The translations under genes and the position numbers were made by a program. A stretch of DNA of 64,000 nucleotides from the human T2T-CHM13v2.0 reference genome, Homo sapiens, in the NCBI RefSeq assembly GCF_009914755.1, contig NC_060935.1. The stretch is one strand, 5' to 3'. Shown here piece by piece: positions 1-13,399 of the stretch. Numbering within the stretch: the stretch's first letter is position 1; the number at the start of each line of letters is the position of its first letter. The notes below the pieces were generated by a model that saw only the letters and a list, made by a program, of their open reading frames with translations, did not search any database and was not told where the DNA came from.

Positions 1-399
1 AATTGTGTATAATCATAAACAACTTTCTAATTTAAACAAATGCTAAGTGGTGTTTCAGTTCTAAGTTTAGGCTAGAGAAACTCATTTAATAGTGAATAAC
101 TTGATTGTAACATAATGATACTGTACAATATAAGCACTATTGAGAACATTCAAGAAAACACATTCTATTTTCTCCCTTGAAACTCTAGAAATGTATTTTC
201 CTTCATTGAGGAAGTAGCTTTAGTAGTCCACTAGGGGTAGGGAGAAAAGCAGAACAGGTTTCAAATTGGGAGAACAGAGGAAATTGCAGAAGGTAAGACT
301 CTGGTAGGGGCAGTAGAAGTTGAAACACTGGATATGACTAGAATTTATTGGGTGGAGTTTCTGGAAAAGCACTTTAAAGAGGGCTAACTGAGCTTTGAG

Positions 400-688
400 A
401 AACACACTCTTTGCTCTTTGCTTATCCTGCCCTGAGTGCAGATGTGATGGCTGGAGCTGGAGTGGATGTCTTATAGACATGAGTGGACTTTAAGAAGTCA
501 TGCACTAAGGATGGGAAATAAGAAAGGATACACTTGGAAAATTGGTAAAAGTAGGAACTGTTTTTCAGCTTGACACTGCCTGCGTTTAAACTTCATTTAT
601 GTGAGACAAAATAAACATGAATCTTGTTTAAGTCACTCGTATTTTGGATATTTGTTCCTAGCAACCAAATACTAGTCCTAAGTGATAC
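400..688 (+). mobile_element. Old MaLR LTR fragment (MLT1J/K-like)
   Basis: 'gatgtgatggctggagctg', 'atgtgagacaaaataaac...ttgtttaagtcact' and terminal 'aagtgataca' resemble the MLT1J/K 3' half. Boundaries approximate. Confidence 0.55.
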
Positions 689-1019
689 AAGGGACATAAT
701 GAAAATTTATTGAGAACATTCTCTTTGCCAGGCAAAGTGAATCTGTTCTGAGGATAACAGATGAAAGACATTACTCTTACTTTCAAAGTGCTTAGTCTAT
801 AGCAAGTAAACCAATGACTATAATAATGTGTGATGAGTGTTTGTATGTTAGAGGAGCACTTAGGAGGAACACTCAATCTCACTTGTGGCATTCTTTTAGT
901 TAAAAAAAAATCTTGTGTTATTTGGTCATGATCCTGATTTAGCTAAAGAATTTTATTATGTTACAGCTGCAAAATACTTGTAGGATTAGATTCTTACTTT
1001 TCATTTCTCCTACCCCAGT

Positions 1020-2605
1020 TTTTTTCATTTTGGTGAATGGCACCCACTCACCCAATTTAGATTTTCATTTCACCTTTGATTATTTGTCTAGCTGTGAAGC
1101 AGTTTCATATATCCTATTGGAAGTAGTTGAGGTTTTTGAATCTGTAAATTGATATCTATCAGCAGTTTTGAAAAATTCTTAGCCATTTTCTCTTCAAATG
1201 TGGCTTCTGCTTCTTATCTCTTTCCTGTACCCTGAGGCTCAATCAAATGTGTATTAAACCTCTCCCTGTCTGCTCTGTGCTCAATTCTGAATTTTCTATC
1301 CTTTTGTCTTTCCCTGCTTAATTAGTGATATTTTCTTCTATTTCACTAATTATCCCTTCAACTACATCAACCATCCATTGAATTCTTCATTTTGTTGTTG
1401 TATTTTTCAATTATTGAATTTCTATTTGGTTTCTTTGCCCATTTGTCTTGTCACTTTTTAAGAGTTTCTGAGTCTCTGTTTGAAATTATTAGGATTGAAC
1501 TTTTCCTCCTTGAATATAGTTGATTTATATTCTGTGACTGAAAATTCCAAGATTTGAAGTATTGATTGGTTTATTTTTATTCGTTTTACATCTGCTAGTC
1601 ATGTCTTCTCATGTATCTAATTAGGTTTGGTTTTATTCTTGGCTTGATCAAATATTTGTAGAAAAATGTGTAGAGAATATTATATTTCTCTGTAAAGGAT
1701 TTTTGTCTCAGACAGGTACCTGTGCATTAGTAATTAAAGATTATCCTAATCCAGTTTCCATGCCTGAAATTTTGCTAGGTCACCCAGATGGCTAAAAGCT
1801 GGGTGCCATCCGTGCAAGTGCTATTTTGCCTTCAGTTCACCTATCTTTCATGATATATCCCACCAGGGTGCAAGGCCAAGGTAGAGATGGCTCAGCAGAG
1901 TTCCCACTCTTGCCAAACTTTGGACTGACTTGTATTTCCTACACTTCTTGAGGATATTAAAAGTACAACTCAACCTCTGGGACTCCTCTCCTGGATGGGC
2001 AAATACAGGGCAAAACCCCTCAAATATTTGGCTCATGTCTCTGAATTTTCATCCCTTTTTGGATGTTAGTCTATTGATTTCTCATGTATTTGTTAGCTCT
2101 TGGATTACCTTTAAAAGATTTTGAAAAAATAACTCTACCTTCCTTAGTAGTTGTTATGGTCTTAATGTGTGCCCTGCAAAGTCATATGTTGAAACTTTTG
2201 ATGGTGAAAGTGAAAGTGATGGTATTAGGAGGTGTGGACCTTTAGAATGTGATTGAGTCATGAGAGCAGGGCCCTCCTGGATGGGATTATGGTCCTTATA
2301 GAAAGAGCTTCGGGGAATAGGTTTTCTCTTTTCTGCCATATGAGGACAGTGTTCATCCTCTTTTGCCCTTTCTGTCTCTTCTGCCATGTAAGGACACCAT
2401 CTATAAAGAATGGGCCTTCACCAGATACCAAAGCTGCCAGCACCTTGACCTTGGACTTCCCAACTTACAGAACAGTGAGAAAATAAATTTCTGCTGTTTG
2501 TAAATTACCCAGCCTGTGATATTTTATTATAGCAGCACAAACCGACTGAGTCAGTAATTTTCATCAGTGATTTGAATAATCTGCCATTATCAAAACTAGA
2601 AGTCC
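1020..2605 (-). mobile_element. Ancient L1M 5'/ORF1 region, interrupted by an MST LTR
   Basis: T-rich antisense L1M-like text ('aaaattcttagccattttctcttcaaat', 'ccatccattgaattc') ending in 'aaactagaagtc', which resembles old L1M 5' ends. Confidence 0.5.
2152..2553 (+). mobile_element. MaLR solo LTR (MSTD/MSTC-like)
   Basis: TG...CA termini, 'ccttggacttccca...gtgagaaaataaatttctg...agcagcacaaaccgactgag'; 5-bp TSD gtagt/gtaat. Confidence 0.8.
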
Positions 2606-2760
2606 AGTTCTATCAGTATTTCTATAAACCACATCTTGAGTCAATCCACTTCTGTCCACTTCAATACAAACCACTTTGAAAAACACCATTATTTCTACGT
2701 AGACCACTGGGATGGTCATTTAATTTAATTTCCCTGTATCCTTGGTTGCTTTCTTCATTC

Positions 2761-3003
2761 CACAGTTTCTCAATCTTTGCACTATGGATATTTTGGGCAG
2801 AATAATTCTTTTTGGGGATGGAGGCAGGAGATCTGTCCTGTGCCTTATAGTATATTTAGCAGCAGCCTTGGCCTCTACCCACTAGATGTGAGTAACACCC
2901 TCCCCCTTCCTTCTGTAGTTTTGAGAGCCAAAACCATCTCCTAGGGGGAGACATTGCTAAATGTCTCCTGGGGAACAAAATCACCCTCCAATGAGAACCG
3001 CTG
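2761..3003. mobile_element. MER20 (hAT-Charlie) non-autonomous DNA transposon
   Basis: 'tttctcaatctttgcactatggatattttgggcag...ggcctctacccactagatg...agacattgctaaatgtctcctgggg...tgagaaccgctg'. Confidence 0.8.
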
Positions 3004-4854
3004 TTCTAATCCATCCATTACACAGACAAAAGTAAACTTAAAATATATAAGTTATAAGCCGTCATTATTGAAAGTCCTTTAATGGCTCTAAGAAAATAAT
3101 TTCAACCCTTTATAAAGCCCTTCAAGGGATTACATAAGAGGGTTTCTGTTTATATTCCTAATTACATCTCTTACCAATTTTCTCTTCAGAGTTTGTTTTG
3201 CAGCCACATTGACTTTTCTTTCTCTCAAATCTTTTGACAGCTGTAGGACCTTTGCATATGTGGTCCTTTTGCTTTTGCCCTTCATCTGTCTTCTCATCCT
3301 ATAGATCTCAGTTTAATTAAATTAAATGCCTCAAAACCGGCATTCTGTTGAATGAAAGAATGAGTGAATAAAGCAATTTCAGTTCTTAGATTAGATACTA
3401 CCTTAGAAGAGGTACCTTATTCAAGACCTTCTTAACGAAACAAGCCAAATCAAAATGAAACAAAACCAAAATCAATCAACCTCCATTATCCTCTGTATCA
3501 TGGCAACCTATGATTTTCTACTAATTTGCTGAGTCCCAGAAGACAGAGGTCCAAATAACACCCACTGACCAGTCATCAGGACTTTTCTGCTATCTTTTTT
3601 CCCTAATACTATCCCTCAGATGGTTCCATGAACTTATGGCCAAACTAATTGTTTCTAAGAAAATTAGAAAGAAAACCAAGTTCCTCTTTTTTTTTCTTTT
3701 ATATTTTCCTCTACCCTTTTTCCATATTTCCACAAACTGCAATTTTAAAGCACACATTGAAATTATACAGGCAATGTTTCTCAATGACAGTTTTATTAAA
3801 TGTGCTTTAGTTCATTTTTTAAAAATACAAATATTAATTTGACTTCAAATTTATTTATTTTTTCCTTTCTAGGTCTGGAAGGATGTTAACTGATGGAATT
3901 TTTATTTAGCCTATTATTTCAAGTTTCAGCATAGTGATGCCTCTGCCTTAAGGTAGAAGTTAGTTTGATTCTTGAAATCTCAGTTGAAAGAATTCTGGTG
4001 AACTCTATTCCAATCACCAGACATTCACATTAACTAACTTTCTGATGGAGGAGAAACAGTCTGCAAACGCTGAATATGGAAGGCAGGCAATAATGCCCAT
4101 TCACAGTATTTTTCCACCACTTCTGCTATAAGTTAAGATTGTAACAGATAGAATATTAATTTCAATAAAAGAGTTTGAAATGATAAGACTGTAGTAGAAA
4201 ATATTTTGAAACCATATACTGTCTTTTCATATGTATAGTTTATCTTCATTATTTATATCAGACTATGAGAAACAGATGCAAGATGTCCGTAGTTTTCTCT
4301 AGGGAGAAATAAGTAATACTAATGAAATACAGATTATGCTTAAACAGATAATCAAGAAATTAAAATTTACGGCACTGAACAACTCTTGGCATGGAAATGA
4401 TCTACTTGAAGCTTCTGAAGAACACGTGTACCTGAGAAGAAATATTAGATGCACTGTGAAGAGAAAAAGAGTACTTGAATTGTATGCTTCTGAAATGTTA
4501 AGATGAGGCCTTAGGAAAATCTTGAAATACAAATGAGTCTAAACCCTATTTTCTCAATCTGCGTAATATACGTGGCATTAATCAGAATGTAACTAGAGGA
4601 ACATCTGGGAAATTATAATTCATTTATGAAAGAGTAAGTCAAGCTCTACAAAGCAAAGGGCTCGTGACAAACAAATATTGTACCTAATTTTTCAGCATAA
4701 GAAACAAAATTAAAACTGACAGGTGAGTAGGATGTGGTGTAATAGGGAAACTGCAAAAAAGGAGCTTCAGCTTCAAGTATTTTCTCCAGTTGTGTGATCT
4801 TGGACGAGTCATTTACTTTTATCTTACTTTTATTATTTTATTATTTCAAATGAA

Positions 4855-7657
4855 TAAATTTTATTTTTAGAGAAGTTTTAAGTTCACAACAAAATTAAGC
4901 AGGAAGTACAGAGAGTTCCTATTAATATATACTCTCTGCCCTTGGACATGCACAGACACCACCCCCCTCGCAGCTGTTATCAACGTCCCCACTAGAGTGG
5001 TATATTTACTATAACTGATGAACCTACACTGACACTTCATAATCACCTGAAGCCCATAGCTTATATTAGGGTTAATTCTTGATGTTGTACATTCTATAGG
5101 TTTTGACAAATGTATAGTGACATATCTTCGTCACTGTAGTATACAGATATACAGAATAGTTTCTTAATCACTGTAGTATACAGAATAGTTTCATGGCCAC
5201 CAAACTTCTCTGCATTCTATGTATCCACCCATCCTTCCTTGCTCTGAAGTCTGCTCTGCATAAAATTAATATGAAATTAATATATAGCTACCCCGCCTTT
5301 CTTTTAATTAGCATTATCATGCTACATATTTGTCAATCCATTCACTTTTAATCAACATATGTCTTTATATTTAAAGTAGGTTTCTTGTCAACAACATATA
5401 ATTGGGTCTTCTTTTTTAGTCCACTCTTACAATCTCTGTTTTTAATTGGTATATTCAGATTGTTGACTTTTAAAGTGATTATTGATAGAGTTAGGTTAAT
5501 ATTTACCATATTTGTTTCTGGTTTCTACTTGTTGCCATTGCTTTTTGTTTCTATTTTTGCCTTCCATACTTTTACTCCCTTTTATGGTTTTAATTGTTTT
5601 TTATGATTTCATTTTCTATCTTTCCTTAGCATGTTAGTTATACTTCTTTTTTTTTCAGTGGTTGCCCTAGAATTTGCAATATATATTTACAATTAATCCA
5701 AATTCACTTTCAAATACTGCTTCACGGATGGTGCAAGTATCTTAGAATGACAAAACATTCCTAATTGCTCCCTCCCATCCCTTATACCATTGCTTTCATT
5801 CATTTCACTTATACATAAACACACACACACACACACAGAGGCACACATAATTCTAATTCTATACATTGTTGATATTATTATTTTGAACAAACTGTTAATT
5901 GTTACATCAATTAATAATTTTTTTAAAAAGTTTTTGTTTTACCTTCACTTAATCAGTCTCCAGTGTTTGTTCCTCATTTAAGTAGATCTGATTTTCTGAC
6001 CTGTGTCACTTATCTGATGAATTTTTAACATTTTTTGCAAGGTGTGTCTACCGGCAACAAATTTGCCTGAGAAAATCTTTTTTTTTTTTTTTTTTGAGAC
6101 GGAGTCTCACTCTGTCACCCAGGCTGGAGTGCAGTGGCGCCATCTCGGCTCACTGCAAGCTCCACCTCCCGGGTTCATGCCTTTCTCCCCCGCTCAGCCT
6201 CCCGAGTAGCAGGTGGCTCACGCCTGTAATCCCAGCACTTTGGGAGGCCGAGGCGGGCGGATCCCGAGGTCAGGAGATCAAGACCATCCTGGCTAACACG
6301 GTGAAACCCCGTCTCTACGAAAAATACAAAAACAAGATTAACTGAGAAAATCTTTATGAGTTTTTTCTTTCAGTTTAAATATTTTACACCACTTTCTTGC
6401 TTGCATGGTTTCTAAGAAGGTTATAATCCTTATGTTTGAGCCTCTATATGTAAAGTGTTTTTTTCCTCTGACTTCTTTCAAGATTGTTTCTTTATATTTA
6501 TTTACTGAACTCTGTACATGACATGCAGAAATTTACTTTTTTTTTCTTTTGCATTTGTCCAGCTTGGTGTTGTTTGAGTTTCCGAATCTGTGGTTTGCTG
6601 TCTGAAATTAATTTGGGGGAAATTCTCAGTCATTATTCCTTCAAATATTGCTTCTCATCCTTTCTCTCTTTCTTCTCCTTCTGGTATTCCCATTGTGCAT
6701 AATTACATCTTTTGTAGTATTCTCACAGTTCTTAGCTATTCCGTCTGTTTTTTGTTTTTTTGTTGTTGTTTTGTTTTGTTTTTGCCAGTTTTCAGTCTTT
6801 TTTCTCTTTGTTTTTCAGTTTTGGAAGTTGCTATTGTTATATCCTCACATGCAGAAATTTTTTTTCCTCAGCCATGTCCAATCAGCTAATGAGCCCATCA
6901 AAGGCATTCTTCATTTCTGTTATGGTGTTTGATCTCTAGCATTTCTTTATTATTCTTTTTAAATTTTTCATCTCTCTGTTGACATTATCCATCTGTTTTT
7001 GCTTGTTGTCTACTATTTGTGAGGGGGACAGAAACAGTGTTCTACGGTCCTGTGATCAGGTCCCAATCTTTGGGTGAGCCAAGGGCCCTAGACTGTGAAC
7101 TTCACCAGTGCTTCTGGGTTTTTTTTTTTTTTTTTATCCTCCCTTAGGTGGGACAGGATGGCTACAGTAGGCTGGAGTTGGGTGTTTCCTTTCCATAAGG
7201 TTAAAAACCCAGCAGGTTAAGCTCTGGTGAAATATTCCCATGAGGGCATTTTTCCTTAATATTCACTTTAAGGACCTGTTAGAGCTTCTGGGTATAATTC
7301 ACAAGATTATTAAGGCCCTCCCAGGTCTGTGACCCCTGGAGTTTTATCCCTCAGGCTTGTTCACACTGAACCTCTGGCAGTTCATCAATTAGCTTAGATT
7401 TTTCTTCCCAGGTATTTGTCCCTGCAAAGGTTTCTGCTTGTGGGTTTCTGCTCTAACACATTGAGATTCTCTGTATATGAATGTCTAATGTCTATCTCCA
7501 TAGTTTTGGAGGCAGAGGTTTGCCCTGTGAGCTCACTTCTCTCACAGATCTAATAAGAGTTGTTGATTTTTCAGCTTGTTTAGTTTTTAACTTGTTATTA
7601 GGATGGAGTGAAGAGTTCTAAGTTCCTTACATGTTGGGCCAGAAACTGGAAGTCAGA
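4855..7657 (-). mobile_element. Old L1 (L1MC/L1MD-like): 3' end joined to ORF2-start/ORF1/5' region; hosts the inverted AluY
   Basis: 4855-5240 matches antisense L1MC/MD 3' end ('gttcacaacaaaattaagcaggaagtacagagag', 'gatgaacctacactgacac'). From about 5240 the text resembles antisense ORF2 start and 5' region, ending 'agaaactggaagtc'. Confidence 0.6.
6081..6341 (-). mobile_element. AluY with internal inversion (3' part antisense, left arm sense)
   Basis: Poly-T plus antisense right arm 6081-6210, then sense left arm 6212-6341. AluY diagnostics 'ctgcaagctcc' and 'accatcctggctaacacggtg'. Perfect 14-bp TSD ctgagaaaatcttt at 6067-6080 and 6342-6355. Confidence 0.93.
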
Positions 7658-10600
7658 TCATTTACGTTTTAAAGGCTCAGTTTCATTGGGTGTAAATGAA
7701 TGAGTCTGTGCCCTCAATGATAATTAACTTTTGTTAAAGGAAAGGGCCATTCAGAAAAAAATCATGTTATAAAGACCTATTTGTTTTTCATTCCAAATGA
7801 AAATTGCTTTACCGCATCTCCTGGAAACTGTGTACATTTATCATTTAGATTACCTATTTTGTTGAACAGAGTACTTCAATGAGAATATTAGCACTGTTTT
7901 TTGCTACACTTTTAATAACTGAATAAAGAAAAGATCAGAAAATATGGAGGCACTTTTCCAATCATTCATGCTGAAATTAGATCTTAGATCCTGTGGAGAA
8001 TTTGGATAGGACTTGTTCTCTGAGAACAATAGATGCTCATCAAATGACTATGTTCATTCCAGGTTAAAAATTACATAAATGCTAAAATCTTATGTAATCC
8101 TACCACCCATTATAAGGTATTTAAAGCGCCAGGAGATAAGATTTTGGTGCTATTTTAGGGACTAGGAAAATTATATATGTTGGAGTTAGAGATAGCTCTA
8201 TAGTAAGATACAACCAGAGTTTTCAGAAAATTTAGAGAACTGGGATGATAGTTCAGCTTTGTTTAACACTTTAATCGGTTTCTGAAAAAATAAGAATTTG
8301 CCTATGGACAAAAAAACTAAAATGAGACGTGAATAGAGAAAGCCCCGAAGATACCATGTAAACTTCAGAGCTCATCTGGTGTTCATTAGACGTTTCAGAA
8401 TATTTCAGAACTGCAAAGGAACCTTGCTTTGTCAGGATGAGTGGGCGAGATGAAGGCATGAATGGCTCCTGGGATTTTCAAGAAGTGGGGTTCATTCATT
8501 CTAAGTGTTGACTGGAGCAAAGGGACAAGGAAGAAAATGATGATCACACAGAAGTAGAACAACCAAAAGGATTTCCTGAAGATCGTGGGTCAAGAGAATA
8601 AAGTAGATATGAGTGTTTAGGGATTTAAATTGAAATCAGTTGTTGAAAAATTTGCTTTTCACACATTGCTTATCTGGACCCAGGGTTGCAGAGGTAAAAT
8701 GTTGGCCTGCTAATCTGATCAGGCCCCAAAGACAAGGAAATAAGCACCTAATTATGCAGGGGAAAACAGAGATGGAGATGATGCGGACATCCAAGTGATA
8801 GGGCTGTTGAGTCTTTGACAACAGAAATCCTTTATGTTCCCCAACACTTGGGGAGTGAATATTCTTCTCCCTAAGGAACTACCTGACTTTTGCTCATTAT
8901 TTATTTCCGTAGGTTATATTATGCCCTTCATGATTTTAATTTCTCTATGAAGCATCAGTTCCTGAAGGAAAACACACAACCCCAAGCAGAAGAAGAGTTT
9001 CTTCTTTATATCCCAAAATACCCTGTGCAAATCTCTACCGTGGCTCTTGAAACTACATATAGTAGTGGGCTCAACTTTTTCGTTTTTGAGCATAGAATTC
9101 TCAGCAGAACATTTGAAGGCATTAACTCATATTTATCGATGTCACTTTGTTCACTGGGTAGACCTTTAGCCTTGTGTTTCTGTTTGAGAGGGGACACTTC
9201 ACACCCTGATTTATACATTCAGGAGGCATACATCTGAAGCTTTTCAATAAATGCACACTTTCTCAACAGCTCTGCCTCAACGTTGCTTCTTTTACTCCCT
9301 ATGGTTTTTATCCTGCAATACACCACATTGCATGAACTATTCTACTTATTTGTTCTCATAGTTTGTATCCTAGTTTGTAATAAATAAAGTTTTCAATGTG
9401 ACTAAATTTTGCCACATGCCTGTGGAAGATGCACAGTACATCAGAGTGTCACTTTGCTGTGGTTGGGAACCAGTGTTCTATCAAAATTGTTGAGTTTTTT
9501 TTTTCCTATGGACTATGGTTAAATGAATAAAAGATTGAACTTGGTATAAGATACTGTAAATATTAAAGTCTATATATTTCAAATGGAGGAATTTAAGAGA
9601 CTTTTTAAAAATATGCAATGCCCTGAAATTTTAGTATTTAGTTTTTAAAATCTCACAATTCTTGATTTATGCCACCACTAATTTTGGGAACTTTCACATA
9701 AAGATTTTGCAGACATGCTTGCTCTTTCTTCCTTCATTATGTTCTCCACTTTGTCTTTTGTTTGGCACAAACTCTCTCTGCTCTTCCCTAAAATTTCAGT
9801 ATAACTCAGAAGGTTACATAAACTTCAGCATGAGAAACTTCAAAATATTAAACCTCTTTTTTTTTTTTTTTTTTTTTTTTAAAGCTGAGGAACGTATTTT
9901 ATGGGGTCTGCCCAAGAGAGTTCATTATTGCAAAGTCAGTTGTGGCACCTAAATAATTAACCTATAACCAATATATGTGTGAAATTATTGCCTTAAGCTC
10001 GCCTTGGTGACTGTTTGCCATTAAATTAGTGGGATAAATAATTTACACCAAAATGTGGACCTGAGATAACACCATTAAATTGATAGGACTTGTTCATTAA
10101 TTGTAAGGAATTAGATTAGATGAAACACAATTCCCCAAGTGTGAGCTATCCTGTGGTGTAAACGGTGTGTTAGTTCTATAGTTGCATAGAGGAATAGATG
10201 AAGACCCTGGAATTGCTCAGCTGATGCAATATCGAATTGAGTAGGGCATTTGTAAAACATTGTACTAAATATACATAGAAGGGGGAGTGTCTGTGAAGCT
10301 TTGAAATGACTAGAAGCAAGAGAAAGCACAACATTTCTTGGCTAAAAACAAAAAGAAATAGGACTATCCATTTTTGTTTTCAGTTAATGGTAATTGTTTT
10401 TGAACTCTGCTGGTCTAAAATCACCAGAGGTAATACTCCCCAAGAAAATCTGATTCTGTAGGTCAAGGGTAGGACCTAAGAATATTCTTAAACAAGCACT
10501 GCAAGTGATTCTGATGCAAGTGGTATGGACCAAATTTCAAGTAACACTATTCAGGGTGATTTGATAGGTTTAATCACCCTGTGGGCAAAGTCCCTGTCTT

Positions 10601-11774
10601 GTACAGCTCCAGTGTTAAGCTTGGTGCCTTTAATCCATAAATATTATTTCTCCAAAGAGTACTTTGTGCCTAGCTCTGTTGCAAAGAGTGGTCAATAAGG
10701 CAGATGAAGCTTTGACTGCTCAGATAGAGGGAGAGGTTTTTTAACACCTCATATTTCGCTTTTCTTGGCACATTCTCTCAATGTAGCTCCTTTCCAATAA
10801 TTTTAAGGCAATATATTGACATGCTTGTGGGGGCTATGATAAAAATCTGTCAAAAGAAACAAATGAAACCAAGAGTTAGACTGTTTAATACACAATGGAA
10901 GCATCAGTGCTCACATGACGAGACAGGTAAGAAAGTGTTGTGTTGCCTTCTTTATGTTTTGCTTCCTCACAAGCCAACAGGGTTGACCTCATTACCCGGC
11001 TTATCCTCTCCCTGAAAATATTCTCCTGTTGTTAGAACCAGGCTGCACCCCAGCCTAGTGAAGAAAACAGCATCCAACAGATAGTTTTCAGTCTGATGAG
11101 TGTTACATAAAATATGCTAAAGGAGAATACAACGTGTTGCTATCTTAGGCTAGGATAGTCCAGGGAAACATTTCTGAGGAATTGCTGTTTAAGCTGAGAA
11201 TTGAAACGTCAATGGAATTTACCTAAGCCAAGAATATGAGGGGAGGGATAGATGGGGGGGATTTCAATGGAAAGCAAACCGAATGTATGGTGAGATGACT
11301 TAGGAAGGAAGCCTCCTTTGTAAAAACAGCCAAAAAACCAGTAAGGTTGTATCTCTAGAGAGTGATGGGAGGCAGGCTAAAAAGATTCACAAGGGCTAGA
11401 CTAGGGAGAACTTTGCAAATCACTGAAGTTTTAAGCAGGATGACTAGGCACTTAGTGAATATTGCAATTGGGTAGATTTCTGAACTGTATCAAGATGCAA
11501 ATAATCTCAAAGTTCACAGATTTCCTTGAAATCTGATTCTGACAGAACTTACTAATTTTCTATCCCCACTCTTACATGCTCAGAGAACTCCAGTTTATTT
11601 GAGACCAGCAACATACCTAGCCCAGGGGATTAATCAGAATAGATCTAACACAATCACATCTATTTTATTTGTTTGCCAGCTACTTATTGCCCCAGGCTCC
11701 CTTGTGTCTAGGAGTCACACATATGTAGACGATACCTGGCCAATCTGACATGTAGGAAAGTGTACTCAGGGACT

Positions 11775-12246
11775 CGTATTAGCTTATCACTGCTGCTATA
11801 ACAAATTGCAGCAAATTTAGAGGCTTAAAACACACACTTGTTCTCTTATAGCTCTGGAAGCCAGAAGTCTGAAATCAGTCTCCTTGGGCTGAAGTGGAGG
11901 TGTCAGCAGGGGTCTTCCTTCTTGAGACTCCAGAAAGAGTCAGTTTCCTCACCTCTTCTAGTTTCTGGAGGCCACCTGAATTCTTGGCTCATGAGTTCTT
12001 TCTCATATCACTCCAACCTCCTGCTTCTACTTATCTCTCCTACTTCTCTTCTTTTGTGTCAAAGCTCTGGTTGTCTCCCTCTTATCAGGACACTTGTGAT
12101 TATATTTAGGATCCACTGAGTTATCCAGAATAATCTCCCCATTTCAATTTAATCACATCTGCAAAGTCCTTTTGCCATATAAGGTTTCATTCACAGGTTC
12201 TGGGTACTCAAACAAGGATATGGTGGCCAGTATTTAGTCTACCACA
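11775..12246 (-). mobile_element. MaLR LTR (MLT1D/E-like), nested in an older MLT1J-like LTR
   Basis: 'ctgctgctataacaaattgcagcaaatttagaggcttaaaac...gaagtctgaaatc...aatcacatctgcaaagtccttttgccatataagg...tctaccaca'. Confidence 0.7.
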
Positions 12247-12568
12247 AGGCCTCTGGGTAAATTTTTATTTCCTGATAACCAGAGATCACTCTTTCCAGTC
12301 TCTCCCCTTTCTTCTGTCTAGGAATTTTTTTGGGGGAGATAACTTGATGCCTGGAGCTGCTGCTGCATCTTATGTAAATGACAACTAAGGATAAAAACCA
12401 CACACAGTAAGTAAAGAAAGAGCTCAGAACCCAAGTAATTGGTAACAATGTTGAGCTGCTGTAAAGAATCATAAGGAACATGCCTCCAAATTTTCTGTTA
12501 GGTATGATCATTGATTGTCTTTCCTTTTAATGCCACAGTTCATTGGTATTATGACCTGTAGCTGAATA

Positions 12569-12887
12569 CAGTAGTCCCCACTCACCCACTGTTTCTCTTT
12601 CCTTGGTTTCAGTTACCCAAGGTGCAGTAAAAGAAGATATTTTGGGAGGAAGAGAGAAAGCAAGAGAGAGAAACCACATTTTCATAACTTTTGTTACAGT
12701 ATATTGTTATAATTGGTCTATTTTTATTATTATTGTTGTTCATATTTTACTTTAATTTATAAATTAAACTTCATTATAGGTATGTACAGGAAAAAATATG
12801 GTATTATATATGATTTGGTACTATCCTTGGTTTCAGGCATCCACTGAGGGTCTTGGAACATATCACCTTGGATAGGGGAGACTACTG
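12569..12887 (+). mobile_element. MER44A-like (TcMar-Tigger) element
   Basis: TIRs cagtagtcccc / ggggagactactg after a TA; internal 'ttacagtatattgttataattg' and 'ggtttcaggcatccactg'. Confidence 0.8.
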
Positions 12888-13399
12888 ACTTCCTTACTGC
12901 TCTATGTGACAAATGAAGTTTGGTCTTATTTGCAGCCAGGAAAATTTTATTATCAAGACTTTAATATTAATACAGAAATAGGAACTTCCAGGGATAGACA
13001 AAAATGAAGAGAGCATCTGTTCCAGCTTCTTTATTTTAAAGATTTGAGGCTCAGAGAGGAGATATACTTCTTCAAAATCAACAGCCTATTAGTTCACAAC
13101 TGCGATTACAATTTCGTCTCCTGGCTCTGGGTTTAATAATATTCCCCCACATCATAAAACCTTGGAACTATCGAAATGATAGCTTTGAGGGGAAAAATAG
13201 GCAAAGAAGTAATATGTTAAACTTTCCCTGGGATGCAGGCTTTAATCAGGTTTCAAATTCTTCCAACATAATATAATTTAATGGTGAGAGCTCTTGACAT
13301 TAAGAGGTGAAATTTATATTTAAAAGGCTAAGATCGTGACATATTAAAGCACTTCAAAAATGTTGGCAACAAATACCAAGAGTAACTGATGGTTGTTAT

